DNA of 64,000 nucleotides from an uncultured Nitrososphaera sp. (GTDB lineage: Archaea; Thermoproteota; Nitrososphaeria; Nitrososphaerales; Nitrososphaeraceae): NCBI GenBank assembly GCA_964556935.1, contig CAZKXR010000001.1, positions 79,988 to 143,987 on the forward strand, read 5' to 3'. The notes beneath the pieces were generated by a model. That model saw only the letters and a list, made by a program, of their open reading frames with translations, did no database searches and was not told the DNA's origin. Below are positions 1-7,339 of this stretch, piece by piece. Made by a program: the position numbers and the translations under genes. The stretch's first letter is position 1; every line of letters begins with the position of its first letter.

Positions 1-117
1 TGTGCTGCTGTGGATGCTTTCAAGTGAAACATACGCCCATCCCTTTTGATCACAGTCTTCCTTGTAGTACAGCTCGCCCAGAGAACCCCTAAGAGACTTG
101 GTTATCGCCAGACTCAT
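1..117 (-). CDS. 5' end of an ORF that runs off the window (39 codons, MSLAITKSLRGSLGELYYKEDCDQKGWAYVSLESIHSST...); product unknown
   Basis: Hand translation of the reverse strand from the ATG (complement of 115-117) stays open to position 1. No family recognised. Absent from the ORF track because there is no stop in the window. Confidence 0.25.
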   Translation of the reverse strand, partial: MSLAITKSLRGSLGELYYKEDCDQKGWAYVSLESIHSST

Positions 118-157
118 GCAAGGTTATGCATGGCCACCGTTGCAAAAGTTTTACGAT

Positions 158-164
158 GTTTATA
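158..164 (+). promoter_or_regulatory. TATA-box-like element (TTTATAT) upstream of the 191..745 gene
   Basis: The AT-rich heptamer ends about 27 nt before ATG 191. This spacing fits an archaeal TATA box with a leaderless or short-leader mRNA. Confidence 0.35.
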
Positions 165-190
165 TTCACAGGCTCTGATCACCAAAAGTG

Positions 191-745
191 ATGGAAGAAA
201 AGCACGGCATAGTGACTCCTTATTCTCTTGTTATGCTGCTGGTCCCCATTGCTGGGCTTGTTGCAGTGCTTGTCTATGGGAATGTTCTGGCCTTAAACTA
301 CGTCCATGTGATGACCGGGGCGACCTGGACCGGCATCGACCTTTTCATGGGGCTTGTCATGAGCCGTGTGTTAAAGAGCCTTGAGCCGCAGGCCAGAACG
401 CAGGTGATCAAGAAACTGGTACCGCTGATGCTATTTCTCATGCCCTCCCTTGCGTCGGTGTCCATAACATCCGGCATCAATCTGGCAGACAGGATGGGCA
501 TGCTGACGCTGCAGTCGCCGACGATAATTGCTGCAGTCGTCATCGTGATAATACTGTCAGTACAGGGCTTTGGAATATTGATGCCCACAGAACTCAGGAT
601 CTTTTTGGAGCTCAGAAAGAAAGAGCCTGACAGGGACAGGATAATACGGTGGGGGATGAGAAACGTAAAGCTGGCCGGAAGCCAAGGCGCATTTCAGGTA
701 GCGCTGATATTTGTCATGGCAAATCTCGCGCTGGGTTTTGTCTAA
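191..745 (+). CDS. Polytopic membrane protein, function unknown
   Basis: ORF track 188..745 starts with GTG followed immediately by ATG 191. It has four to five long hydrophobic segments (LVMLLVPIAGLVAVLVYGNVLAL, LVPLMLFLMPSLASV, IIAAVVIVIILSV, FQVALIFVMANLALGFV). Confidence 0.55.
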   Translation: MEEKHGIVTPYSLVMLLVPIAGLVAVLVYGNVLALNYVHVMTGATWTGIDLFMGLVMSRVLKSLEPQARTQVIKKLVPLMLFLMPSLASVSITSGINLADRMGMLTLQSPTIIAAVVIVIILSVQGFGILMPTELRIFLELRKKEPDRDRIIRWGMRNVKLAGSQGAFQVALIFVMANLALGFV

Positions 746-856
746 CGTTTGATGGCTTGGCTTCCTTTGCGGCTGCTGATCTATTGCCGCAGCTATTGGG
801 CATTCTCTATAGTCATCCGCCTTGACACACTGTAATACCATCTGCAAAAAGTGTTG

Positions 857-1177
857 TTAAGGAGCATCCGGCATTCTTTGCTGTTTTCGCCGGAATTCTT
901 GAGGCATTTCCTTGCATATGTGGTATCCTCTTCCAAGCCGCTCGTTGCATTTCGGACAGAGCCTTGGAGGAGCTGCCTTTTTGGGTCCTTCTTGCAGGTT
1001 GCCTCTCATCACTTCATCTTTTTGCCTGAAAAGCGCGTTCAGCTCAGCCTGCAATCTGGGAATTTCACGCTTGGCCTTTTTGTTACGCATCCGTAGCCGG
1101 ACCTGGTCAATCTTGCGGTTCAGGTCCCGTATCTTTTTCTTTTTGACGTGGCGGATTGGGCTGGCCAATAACGACAA
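857..1177 (-). CDS. Small basic coiled-coil protein with a C-terminal CPKC...HIC motif, function unknown
   Basis: The 106-aa ORF is Lys/Arg-rich and helical. It competes with two overlapping plus-strand ORFs that look like low-complexity shadow frames. Confidence 0.35.
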   Translation of the reverse strand: MSLLASPIRHVKKKKIRDLNRKIDQVRLRMRNKKAKREIPRLQAELNALFRQKDEVMRGNLQEGPKKAAPPRLCPKCNERLGRGYHICKEMPQEFRRKQQRMPDAP

Positions 1178-1321
1178 ACTGTGGTTGTTGCCCTAGCAAT
1201 ATAATGGTTCTAAGCAGATCTCGCATCTAATCATGCATCAAAATGATGAGGAAAGGCGGGGATTTCTATCATCATAGATGGGTAAGCAGTATCATGTCAA
1301 AATTACGATGGTCATTGCAAC

Positions 1322-1765
1322 ATGAAGTATAATACCAAAGTAAGTGGTATGTCTTGTATGGCGCGTACCTCTCTTGATATTGCCAAGTCCCTGTATGCAT
1401 CAGTTAGAAGACAAGACATCGAATCTGTCTTGAACTTATTTGCAGATGACGCGCTGATTCATGGGCCTACCACATCAACAAAGATTCTGTCATGGGGAGG
1501 TAGCTATAATGGAAAAGAGGGTGTTAGACAATTCTTTAAACTACTGGAAGAAGGACTTGATATCGAGCAGCTCGACATAATAGATTTCATAGCAGAACGA
1601 GAAAAGGTTGCAGTTCTTGGTTACATCACCGGTAGAACGAGAGCTTCGCACAAGTCGTTTGAGACACACTTTGTACACATCTTCAAGATGGACTTGGCTA
1701 AGGAAAAGATAGTTGAATTCAGAGTCTTCAATGATTCTGCTTCGTTAGCCAAAGCGATACTATAA
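1322..1765 (+). CDS. SnoaL/NTF2-like fold protein
   Basis: Size and pattern (..AKSLYASVRRQDIESVLNLFADDALIHGP.. / ..EKIVEFRVFND) are typical of SnoaL-like polyketide-cyclase/NTF2 domains. The true start may be the internal ATG at 1358 (MARTSL). Confidence 0.55.
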   Translation: MKYNTKVSGMSCMARTSLDIAKSLYASVRRQDIESVLNLFADDALIHGPTTSTKILSWGGSYNGKEGVRQFFKLLEEGLDIEQLDIIDFIAEREKVAVLGYITGRTRASHKSFETHFVHIFKMDLAKEKIVEFRVFNDSASLAKAIL

Positions 1766-1811
1766 CTCATACAACAAGAAATGGCAGATAAACAACAACC
1801 AGAATTCTTCA

Positions 1812-2027
1812 ATGAACCATTCCCTTAAGATAAGAGACGAAGCGAAAGAGAGGATCAGAAGAGCCATTGGAATGATGGAAGCACATTATCAAAAGCTGCC
1901 AAATGCTCATAGCTTGAGAGAGATAATGAAGGTTGAAGTTGATGTTGGCAGGCTTTTACAAATTTTTATAGAAGGTGAAGCTAGCAGGCAATCAATTGGG
2001 AAGAATAACAAGAGGCATCATCGATAA
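1812..2027 (+). CDS. Hypothetical helical protein (71 aa); overlaps the next ORF by 53 nt
   Basis: ORF in the low-GC islet with no recognisable family. See the frameshift finding. Confidence 0.3.
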   Translation: MNHSLKIRDEAKERIRRAIGMMEAHYQKLPNAHSLREIMKVEVDVGRLLQIFIEGEASRQSIGKNNKRHHR

Positions 2028-2901
2028 GAAGAAGATACCCAAGACCGCGGAAGCACTGTATAATGGCTTCAATTCTGACGGACTCTATTTTACGTTAGGT
2101 GCTATGCGCAAAATTATTGATTTTATTGATGAGCTGTATCCGAGCTCTACCTCAGAGCAGAAAATGAAAATGATACAGACGTTGAAACTTGAAATCACAA
2201 TGAAGTTCTGTCACTTGGCCGAGAATACAGCAGCATATGCATTAGCTTTCAAGAGCTCGTATAGCGATTCCAAAGAAGAATTGAGGGGCATTTTTGACAA
2301 ACTGTCTGGTTATGGCATAGGAGAAATTGTTAATTTCTATGACACCCTTTCCAAAAGAAGAATCGATTATTTTGCAAAATTCATCGGTTACCCTCATTTT
2401 GATTTGCAGGAAAGTGCAACAAGAAAAATCCTAAGATCATCTTGCAGAACCGTAAAATCAGAGCTGAAAGAAGTAGCAAAATTATACAAGCAATTCCGAT
2501 TGTTGTATAATGCATACAAGCACGGCTATAGGGTACTTGTCGGAAAAGACCAATATGGTTTAGACGGAAAAAGTGGTGATAAAGTGAATATTTCCATCAT
2601 TAGACGCCAGAAGGATCCATCGCCGAATTCGCAAGGTCTAACTGTCATGTTTCCTAGTAGAGTAAAGCGATTGGAAATGGAGAAACAGGAAAGCCACACA
2701 ATATACTCTAAGCTAATGAAGAATAAGGAGCAACAAAATCTTGGAAAGATCGTGGCAATAGATTTGGACGCCAAACAGATAGTAAAGATGGATTATGACC
2801 TCCGAAAGGTTATCGCTGCTATTAAGGCAACAAATTCTGCAAATCGGATAGAGATAAGAAGGATAGGCATTGGGAAGAAACTATCAATAGAAACGTACTA
2901 G
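1975..2901 (+). CDS. Hypothetical protein (308 aa from GTG 1975; first ATG at 2104)
   Basis: Long uninterrupted ORF in low-GC DNA with no competing frame. No family recognised by eye. Confidence 0.55.
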   Translation: MKLAGNQLGRITRGIIDKKKIPKTAEALYNGFNSDGLYFTLGAMRKIIDFIDELYPSSTSEQKMKMIQTLKLEITMKFCHLAENTAAYALAFKSSYSDSKEELRGIFDKLSGYGIGEIVNFYDTLSKRRIDYFAKFIGYPHFDLQESATRKILRSSCRTVKSELKEVAKLYKQFRLLYNAYKHGYRVLVGKDQYGLDGKSGDKVNISIIRRQKDPSPNSQGLTVMFPSRVKRLEMEKQESHTIYSKLMKNKEQQNLGKIVAIDLDAKQIVKMDYDLRKVIAAIKATNSANRIEIRRIGIGKKLSIETY

Positions 2902-3143
2902 TATTACAATTCACTCTCGGGTTCGTAAGCTTCCTGATATTTCCATCCGACGTCACTTTCCTTTGCAACGACATCTGTCACCAAGTTGATATTGATTGGA
3001 GCGGAGTCACAAGATGTACTATCCTTTAGTGATTTCAATTCATCAGCCAAAGCCTCTTCTTGTCAGAATTCAGACCAATTTTCTTTTCATATTTTTCAAT
3101 TTTACCTACAGATTTTCCCGCACAAAGAGAAGGATCCCTATTT

Positions 3144-4697
3144 TTACTGCGGCTCTATCGTAGCCGGCGGCTTGCTTGACACGGCGTAGGTGACCCATGT
3201 CGCGCCTTCCACCTCGTTGGTGATCCGGTTGCTCATCCTTTCAATGACCTCGTAGGGCAAGCGCGTCCAGTCGGCAGTCATGGCGTCCACCGACTCGACC
3301 ACCCGTATCATGACGATGTGGCCATAAACACGCTCGTCGCCCAACACTCCAACTGCCCTGTCGTCACCGACGGCGGCATAGGCCTGCCATACTTTATCGT
3401 AATAGCCAGCAACTTTCAATTCGTCTTCAACAATCCTGCTTGCATGCTTGGCTATCCTTGTCTTTTCCGGCGTTACCTCGCCAATTATCCGTACAGCCAG
3501 ACCCGGTCCGGGGAACGGGTGCCTTTTCAGCAGTTCATCGGGAACTCCAAGCAGCCTGGCCACCTTCCTTACTTCGTCCTTGTACAGATACCGCAAGGGT
3601 TCGATAACCTTCAGGTGCAGCCACTTTGGCAGGCCACCCACGTTGTGGTGGGTCTTGATTACAGCCGCCGGACCCTTGGACACGCCGCTCTCAATAACAT
3701 CGGGGTAAAGCGTGCCCTGCGCAAGCCACTGAAACGGCCCGTGCTTTTTTGCAACAGAAACAAACTCGTTGGCAAATTCCTCGCCGATTATCTTGCGCTT
3801 TTTCTCCGGGTCAGTAACGCCCTTTAGTTTGCGCAGGAACCGCTTTTCAGCATCAACGTAGATAAGGTCGATGTCAAGGTGCTCCTTGAACAGCCTTACC
3901 ACTTCTGCTTCCTCGTCCTGCCGCAAAAGCCCGGTGTTGACAAAAACGCATTGCAGCTGGTCGCCGATGGCCTTGTGCAGTAATGCGGCAACCGTTGTGG
4001 AGTCGATGCCGCCGCTCACTGCCGCCAGCACGCGCTTTTTGCCCACCATTTCGCGGATTTCCTTGACAGTGGTATCGATAAAGCTCTGCATGTCCCATTC
4101 CGGCTTGGCTCCTGCTATTTCCTGGGCAAAGTTCTTCAGGATCTGCACGCCGCGCTCTGTATGCACGACTTCAGGATGGAACTGGATCCCGTACATCTTT
4201 TTGTCCTTGTTGCCTATGGCTGCGGACTGCGAGTTCTCGGTGTGCGCCAGCACCTGAAAGCCGTCTGGGACCTTGTCGGCAGCGTCGCCGTGGCTCATCC
4301 AGCAGTTGATGCCGCTTCCAAGGCTCTTGAACAGGTCAGCATTGTCGTCGATAACCAGGCCAGCGCGGCCGTACTCCCGGCTTGCGGCCCGCTTGACTTT
4401 GCCGCCAAAGTTGTCCACCAGCACCTGGTGGCCGTAGCAGATTCCAAGGATTGGCTTGCCCATGCCAAATATCCGCTTGTCTGGCTTGGGCGCGTCCTTG
4501 GCGTAGACGCTTGCCGGCCCGCCGGAGAATATTATGCCCTTTGGGTTCATCTCCTTCAGCACCTTGGCCGGCGTGTTGTAGGGCAAAAGCTCACAGTAGA
4601 CATTTGCCTCACGGATACGGCGGCATATCAGGTGGCTGTACTGCGATCCAAAGTCCAGAACCACTATCTCGTCTAATTTTCTGTCCTGCTTGTCCAT
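3144..4697 (-). CDS. guaA: GMP synthase (glutamine-hydrolysing), fused GATase + ATP-pyrophosphatase
   Basis: GATase part: VLDFGSQYSHLI, GICYGHQ, FHPE. PP-loop: SGGIDSTT. The C-terminal dimerisation motif ends in PPATIEPQ, as in GuaA. Confidence 0.95.
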   Translation of the reverse strand: MDKQDRKLDEIVVLDFGSQYSHLICRRIREANVYCELLPYNTPAKVLKEMNPKGIIFSGGPASVYAKDAPKPDKRIFGMGKPILGICYGHQVLVDNFGGKVKRAASREYGRAGLVIDDNADLFKSLGSGINCWMSHGDAADKVPDGFQVLAHTENSQSAAIGNKDKKMYGIQFHPEVVHTERGVQILKNFAQEIAGAKPEWDMQSFIDTTVKEIREMVGKKRVLAAVSGGIDSTTVAALLHKAIGDQLQCVFVNTGLLRQDEEAEVVRLFKEHLDIDLIYVDAEKRFLRKLKGVTDPEKKRKIIGEEFANEFVSVAKKHGPFQWLAQGTLYPDVIESGVSKGPAAVIKTHHNVGGLPKWLHLKVIEPLRYLYKDEVRKVARLLGVPDELLKRHPFPGPGLAVRIIGEVTPEKTRIAKHASRIVEDELKVAGYYDKVWQAYAAVGDDRAVGVLGDERVYGHIVMIRVVESVDAMTADWTRLPYEVIERMSNRITNEVEGATWVTYAVSSKPPATIEPQ

Positions 4698-4698
4698 G

Positions 4699-5316
4699 TT
4701 AGCTTCCTGCCTTTTCCAGCATCCTGGTAAATACCCAAGCCGACGTGTTGAATATCTCTGACAGCCTCTCCTTTTCTCGGTAGTTGTTTATCACTATTCT
4801 TTTGATGAGGCCGCTTTCATCTTCCACCCTGTAGTTGAGGGTGTCTGGTTCCTTGAGGGCTCCCTGTCCCACCCTTTCGGCATCCTTGGTCTTCATGCCC
4901 TCTAGAATCCTGTTTAGGAAAAACGACCGGAACGGCGGCGTGTTTATGTTAAGCGCGATTTCTGGCACCGGAACGATGACGACGGCGCCCGGCGTCACCT
5001 CGGCGTTGGCAAGCACAAAATCGTCCTTGGCGCGCTTGAGCGGCCTGACTTCCTTGCCTACTTCAAAGCTTGACTGCTTGGCCGGCGGCGGGGGAGCGGT
5101 GGCCATCGCCTGCTTTGCCGGCGCTATCTGGGCCCGCGGCTGTTCCGTGGCAAGGGTGGCCGCGGCCTTGAAACTGCCCTGCTTTAACAGACTATCGACA
5201 ACTGCAAGAGTACTTCTCAGCCTGTCCAGCTCTTCCTGTTTGTCTGCAATCTGCTTCATGAGCCACTCGCGGATCTCGGCAGCGCGCCTGATATCGTCTT
5301 CAGAATAGCTGGACAT
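4699..5316 (-). CDS. Hypothetical protein (N-terminal coiled coil, Ala/Pro-rich linker, C-terminal globular domain)
   Basis: 205-aa ORF whose stop lies 1 nt from the guaA start, so it is likely co-transcribed. No family recognised. Confidence 0.6.
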   Translation of the reverse strand: MSSYSEDDIRRAAEIREWLMKQIADKQEELDRLRSTLAVVDSLLKQGSFKAAATLATEQPRAQIAPAKQAMATAPPPPAKQSSFEVGKEVRPLKRAKDDFVLANAEVTPGAVVIVPVPEIALNINTPPFRSFFLNRILEGMKTKDAERVGQGALKEPDTLNYRVEDESGLIKRIVINNYREKERLSEIFNTSAWVFTRMLEKAGS

Positions 5317-5638
5317 TAGCAGACCAGATTGATCGCAAATGGTATAATATCTTTTAGGGCGCGATTACCGTGGAGATAAAGAATTACGAAGGAAAGATGG
5401 TAACCTACTGAAGATGATTTTCTTCTGCAACAATTCCATTACTATCATGCAGAACTGGTAAGAGACTTGCAGCGACTATGACAAACTGTGGTGGCTATGC
5501 TGCAGTCTATCTACATACCGATGCCACAGCACGGAGAAGAAAAGAGTTAAGACGATAAGGTAAAATAGTTTAAAACCCTGCCGGATTTTACTGCCACCCA
5601 AAAAACCGCCAGGCAGGAAGACAAAAATCAAGGTTGTG

Positions 5639-6274
5639 ATGTGGACTGTTCGAGCTTTTGGCGTAGCGATTATCGCGGTTTTCGTCAACATGTTATACGA
5701 AGATGTGTATAAAGAACCGTTGCTGAAGTTATCATTTTCCATCTATGATATCGAAAACGATCATTCTGTGACAGAACTTGGTCTTGAAAATAAGGGTCAG
5801 TCTCCTGCAACAAATTTGCGGGTAACCATCGATTCCAACAACAAAATACTGTATTTCGAAGCAAAGTCTGATGAAGAAATCAGCTCACGTCAAATAGACT
5901 CCATTGAGGACAGGTTAATAATGACAATGCCGCGGCTGACCAAGGAAGCATTCTTGAGCACTATTCTTACTAACGATTTCAAGGCATCAGATGTTTCTTA
6001 CAGTATTGATATCACCCACGACAGCGATTCCATACACATAAACCAAAAAGATATCCTGGTGGATTTCAAGGCCAATGATCTCAGCATGGAAGCGATGGCT
6101 CTGGAAAAGGAAACCTTTCATTACGAATATGACCAGGAGAAAATAAAATTATCCAAATTTCTAACTAAAGATTCGACAAGCCTTTTTCTAATAATAGCTG
6201 CGGCATATGCAGTAATTCACATCTCCCTGGAAGCGACCATGAAACTCAGGAAATCTAAGGGACAATATTACTAA
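5639..6274 (+). CDS. Membrane-anchored hypothetical protein (N- and C-terminal TM helices around a beta-rich domain)
   Basis: ORF track 5636 is a GTG directly followed by ATG 5639. Hydrophobic segments: N-terminal AFGVAIIAVFV and C-terminal LFLIIAAAYAVIHISL. Lies in a low-GC islet. Confidence 0.5.
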   Translation: MWTVRAFGVAIIAVFVNMLYEDVYKEPLLKLSFSIYDIENDHSVTELGLENKGQSPATNLRVTIDSNNKILYFEAKSDEEISSRQIDSIEDRLIMTMPRLTKEAFLSTILTNDFKASDVSYSIDITHDSDSIHINQKDILVDFKANDLSMEAMALEKETFHYEYDQEKIKLSKFLTKDSTSLFLIIAAAYAVIHISLEATMKLRKSKGQYY

Positions 6275-6316
6275 CATAGTTATGAGCTCAGAACGGTAAC
6301 GCAATCTGTTTTATCG

Positions 6317-6469
6317 TTACCGCTTTCTCTTGTTTATCTTGAGGAGTATTATCACGGCCACGCCCCACAGCATGATTGCGGGAATGTTCTGCTGCAGAAA
6401 CCAGGCCACGCCGCCGGCAGCAGCAAAGACCATGCCCAGTATGGCGGTGGCCTGCCTTTTGCCGACCAT
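6317..6469 (-). CDS. Unlisted 50-aa small membrane protein (MVGKRQATAILGMVFAAAGGVAWFLQQNIPAIMLWGVAVIILLKINKRKR)
   Basis: Hand-translated and below the ORF-track size cut-off. The ATG begins 2 nt after the mptE-like stop. It has two hydrophobic helices and a basic tail. Confidence 0.35.
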   Translation of the reverse strand: MVGKRQATAILGMVFAAAGGVAWFLQQNIPAIMLWGVAVIILLKINKRKR

Positions 6470-6471
6470 GC

Positions 6472-7188
6472 CTAGTAGGGCTCAAAACCCTTGATGGGCT
6501 TTTTGGCAGTGTCATACAACTTTGAACGCGAATGCTTTGCCAGCATCTCCAAAAGGTGCTTGCCAGACTGCATCTTGCGCTTCTTGAGCTCCGGGTCCTT
6601 GACCTCTTCTTTTGAATACCGGCCAATGACGTTTCCAAAGTCCATGCCAACAAGCACGATGCTTTTGGCCCCGAATTCCTCGGCCAAAAACACGCATCTA
6701 TCGCCGTCGGTAAAGCCGCCAAAATTGTAAACGTTTTGGACTGGCATCACCTGCGTTGTGCCAACCAGCTTCTTGAATTTGGGGACCAGTTTTCTGAGCG
6801 CTTCGGTGTTGTCGCCGTGCGCGTGCACCACCATTATGGCGCCCATCTTCTCTGCCTTCTGCAGCGCTGCTGGACTTCCGTCAAGGTCCGTGACTACGAT
6901 GTCTGGCCTGATCTTGTTTTCAAGCAGCGCCTGCACAGTGCCGTCGGCTGCTATCTTGACAAAACTCTTGTTCTTTTTGATAAGTGCAATTTTTTCATCC
7001 AGACTGGGGCCGGCGCCTATCACAAAGACGTCCTTGCCGGCCAACTTCTTTTGCAGAACCTTGGCATCAAGCGCCTTTCTCTTTATCATGCCGGAAAGCA
7101 TGTTTGCCGCTTCCTGGTCCTTTTCTGTGCTGTAGCCAAATTCTGCACGAATCCCCTGATAGTAAGGGAACCAGTCGACGAATTTCAC
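6472..7188 (-). CDS. mptE: 6-hydroxymethyl-7,8-dihydropterin pyrophosphokinase, archaeal MptE-like (DUF115)
   Basis: Motifs VFVIGAGPSLD, VVTDLDG and VVHAHGDN fit the MptE/DUF115 pattern. Size 238 aa. Confidence 0.65.
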   Translation of the reverse strand: MKFVDWFPYYQGIRAEFGYSTEKDQEAANMLSGMIKRKALDAKVLQKKLAGKDVFVIGAGPSLDEKIALIKKNKSFVKIAADGTVQALLENKIRPDIVVTDLDGSPAALQKAEKMGAIMVVHAHGDNTEALRKLVPKFKKLVGTTQVMPVQNVYNFGGFTDGDRCVFLAEEFGAKSIVLVGMDFGNVIGRYSKEEVKDPELKKRKMQSGKHLLEMLAKHSRSKLYDTAKKPIKGFEPY

Positions 7189-7339
7189 AAAAATTGTGCG
7201 TGAACTTTGGTATTAATATCTTCTGTGCCTGCCATGCAGGAATCGCTGAAAACCGTCAGGTTGCACTGGAAACAAGTTCGTTCTGCCTGCTAACGTTAAT
7301 AACGGTATCCAGTGCCACTAGACAGGACGCCTAAGACCA

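Noticed and set aside
46-384. 112-aa plus-strand ORF at the window start.
   Set aside because: It overlaps both the reverse-strand partial ORF and the membrane-protein gene at 191..745. The product is Cys/Arg-rich with no features.
1243-1274. ATGATGA ... TCATCAT inverted repeat resembling a C box of a C/D sRNA.
   Set aside because: No CUGA D or D' boxes occur at the proper spacing on either strand. It is more simply a 7-bp hairpin in an AT-rich promoter region.
2497-2523. RLLYNAYKH in the 308-aa orphan as a possible HEPN R-x4-6-H RNase motif.
   Set aside because: The spacing is R-x7-H, outside the canonical range, and nothing else in the protein supports a HEPN fold by eye.
2901-3143. Possible small reverse-strand ORF (about 47 codons, ...EEALADELKSLKDSTSCDSAPINI...) in the spacer before guaA.
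   Set aside because: Only a TTG start is available, it has no recognisable features, and the region may simply be a 3' UTR or terminator zone.
6294-6322. 8-bp inverted repeat (CGGTAACG / CGTTACCG) between the convergent genes, as a possible bidirectional terminator hairpin.
   Set aside because: It overlaps the end of the proposed sORF. Archaeal termination relies mainly on T tracts, so I cannot support a function from sequence alone.
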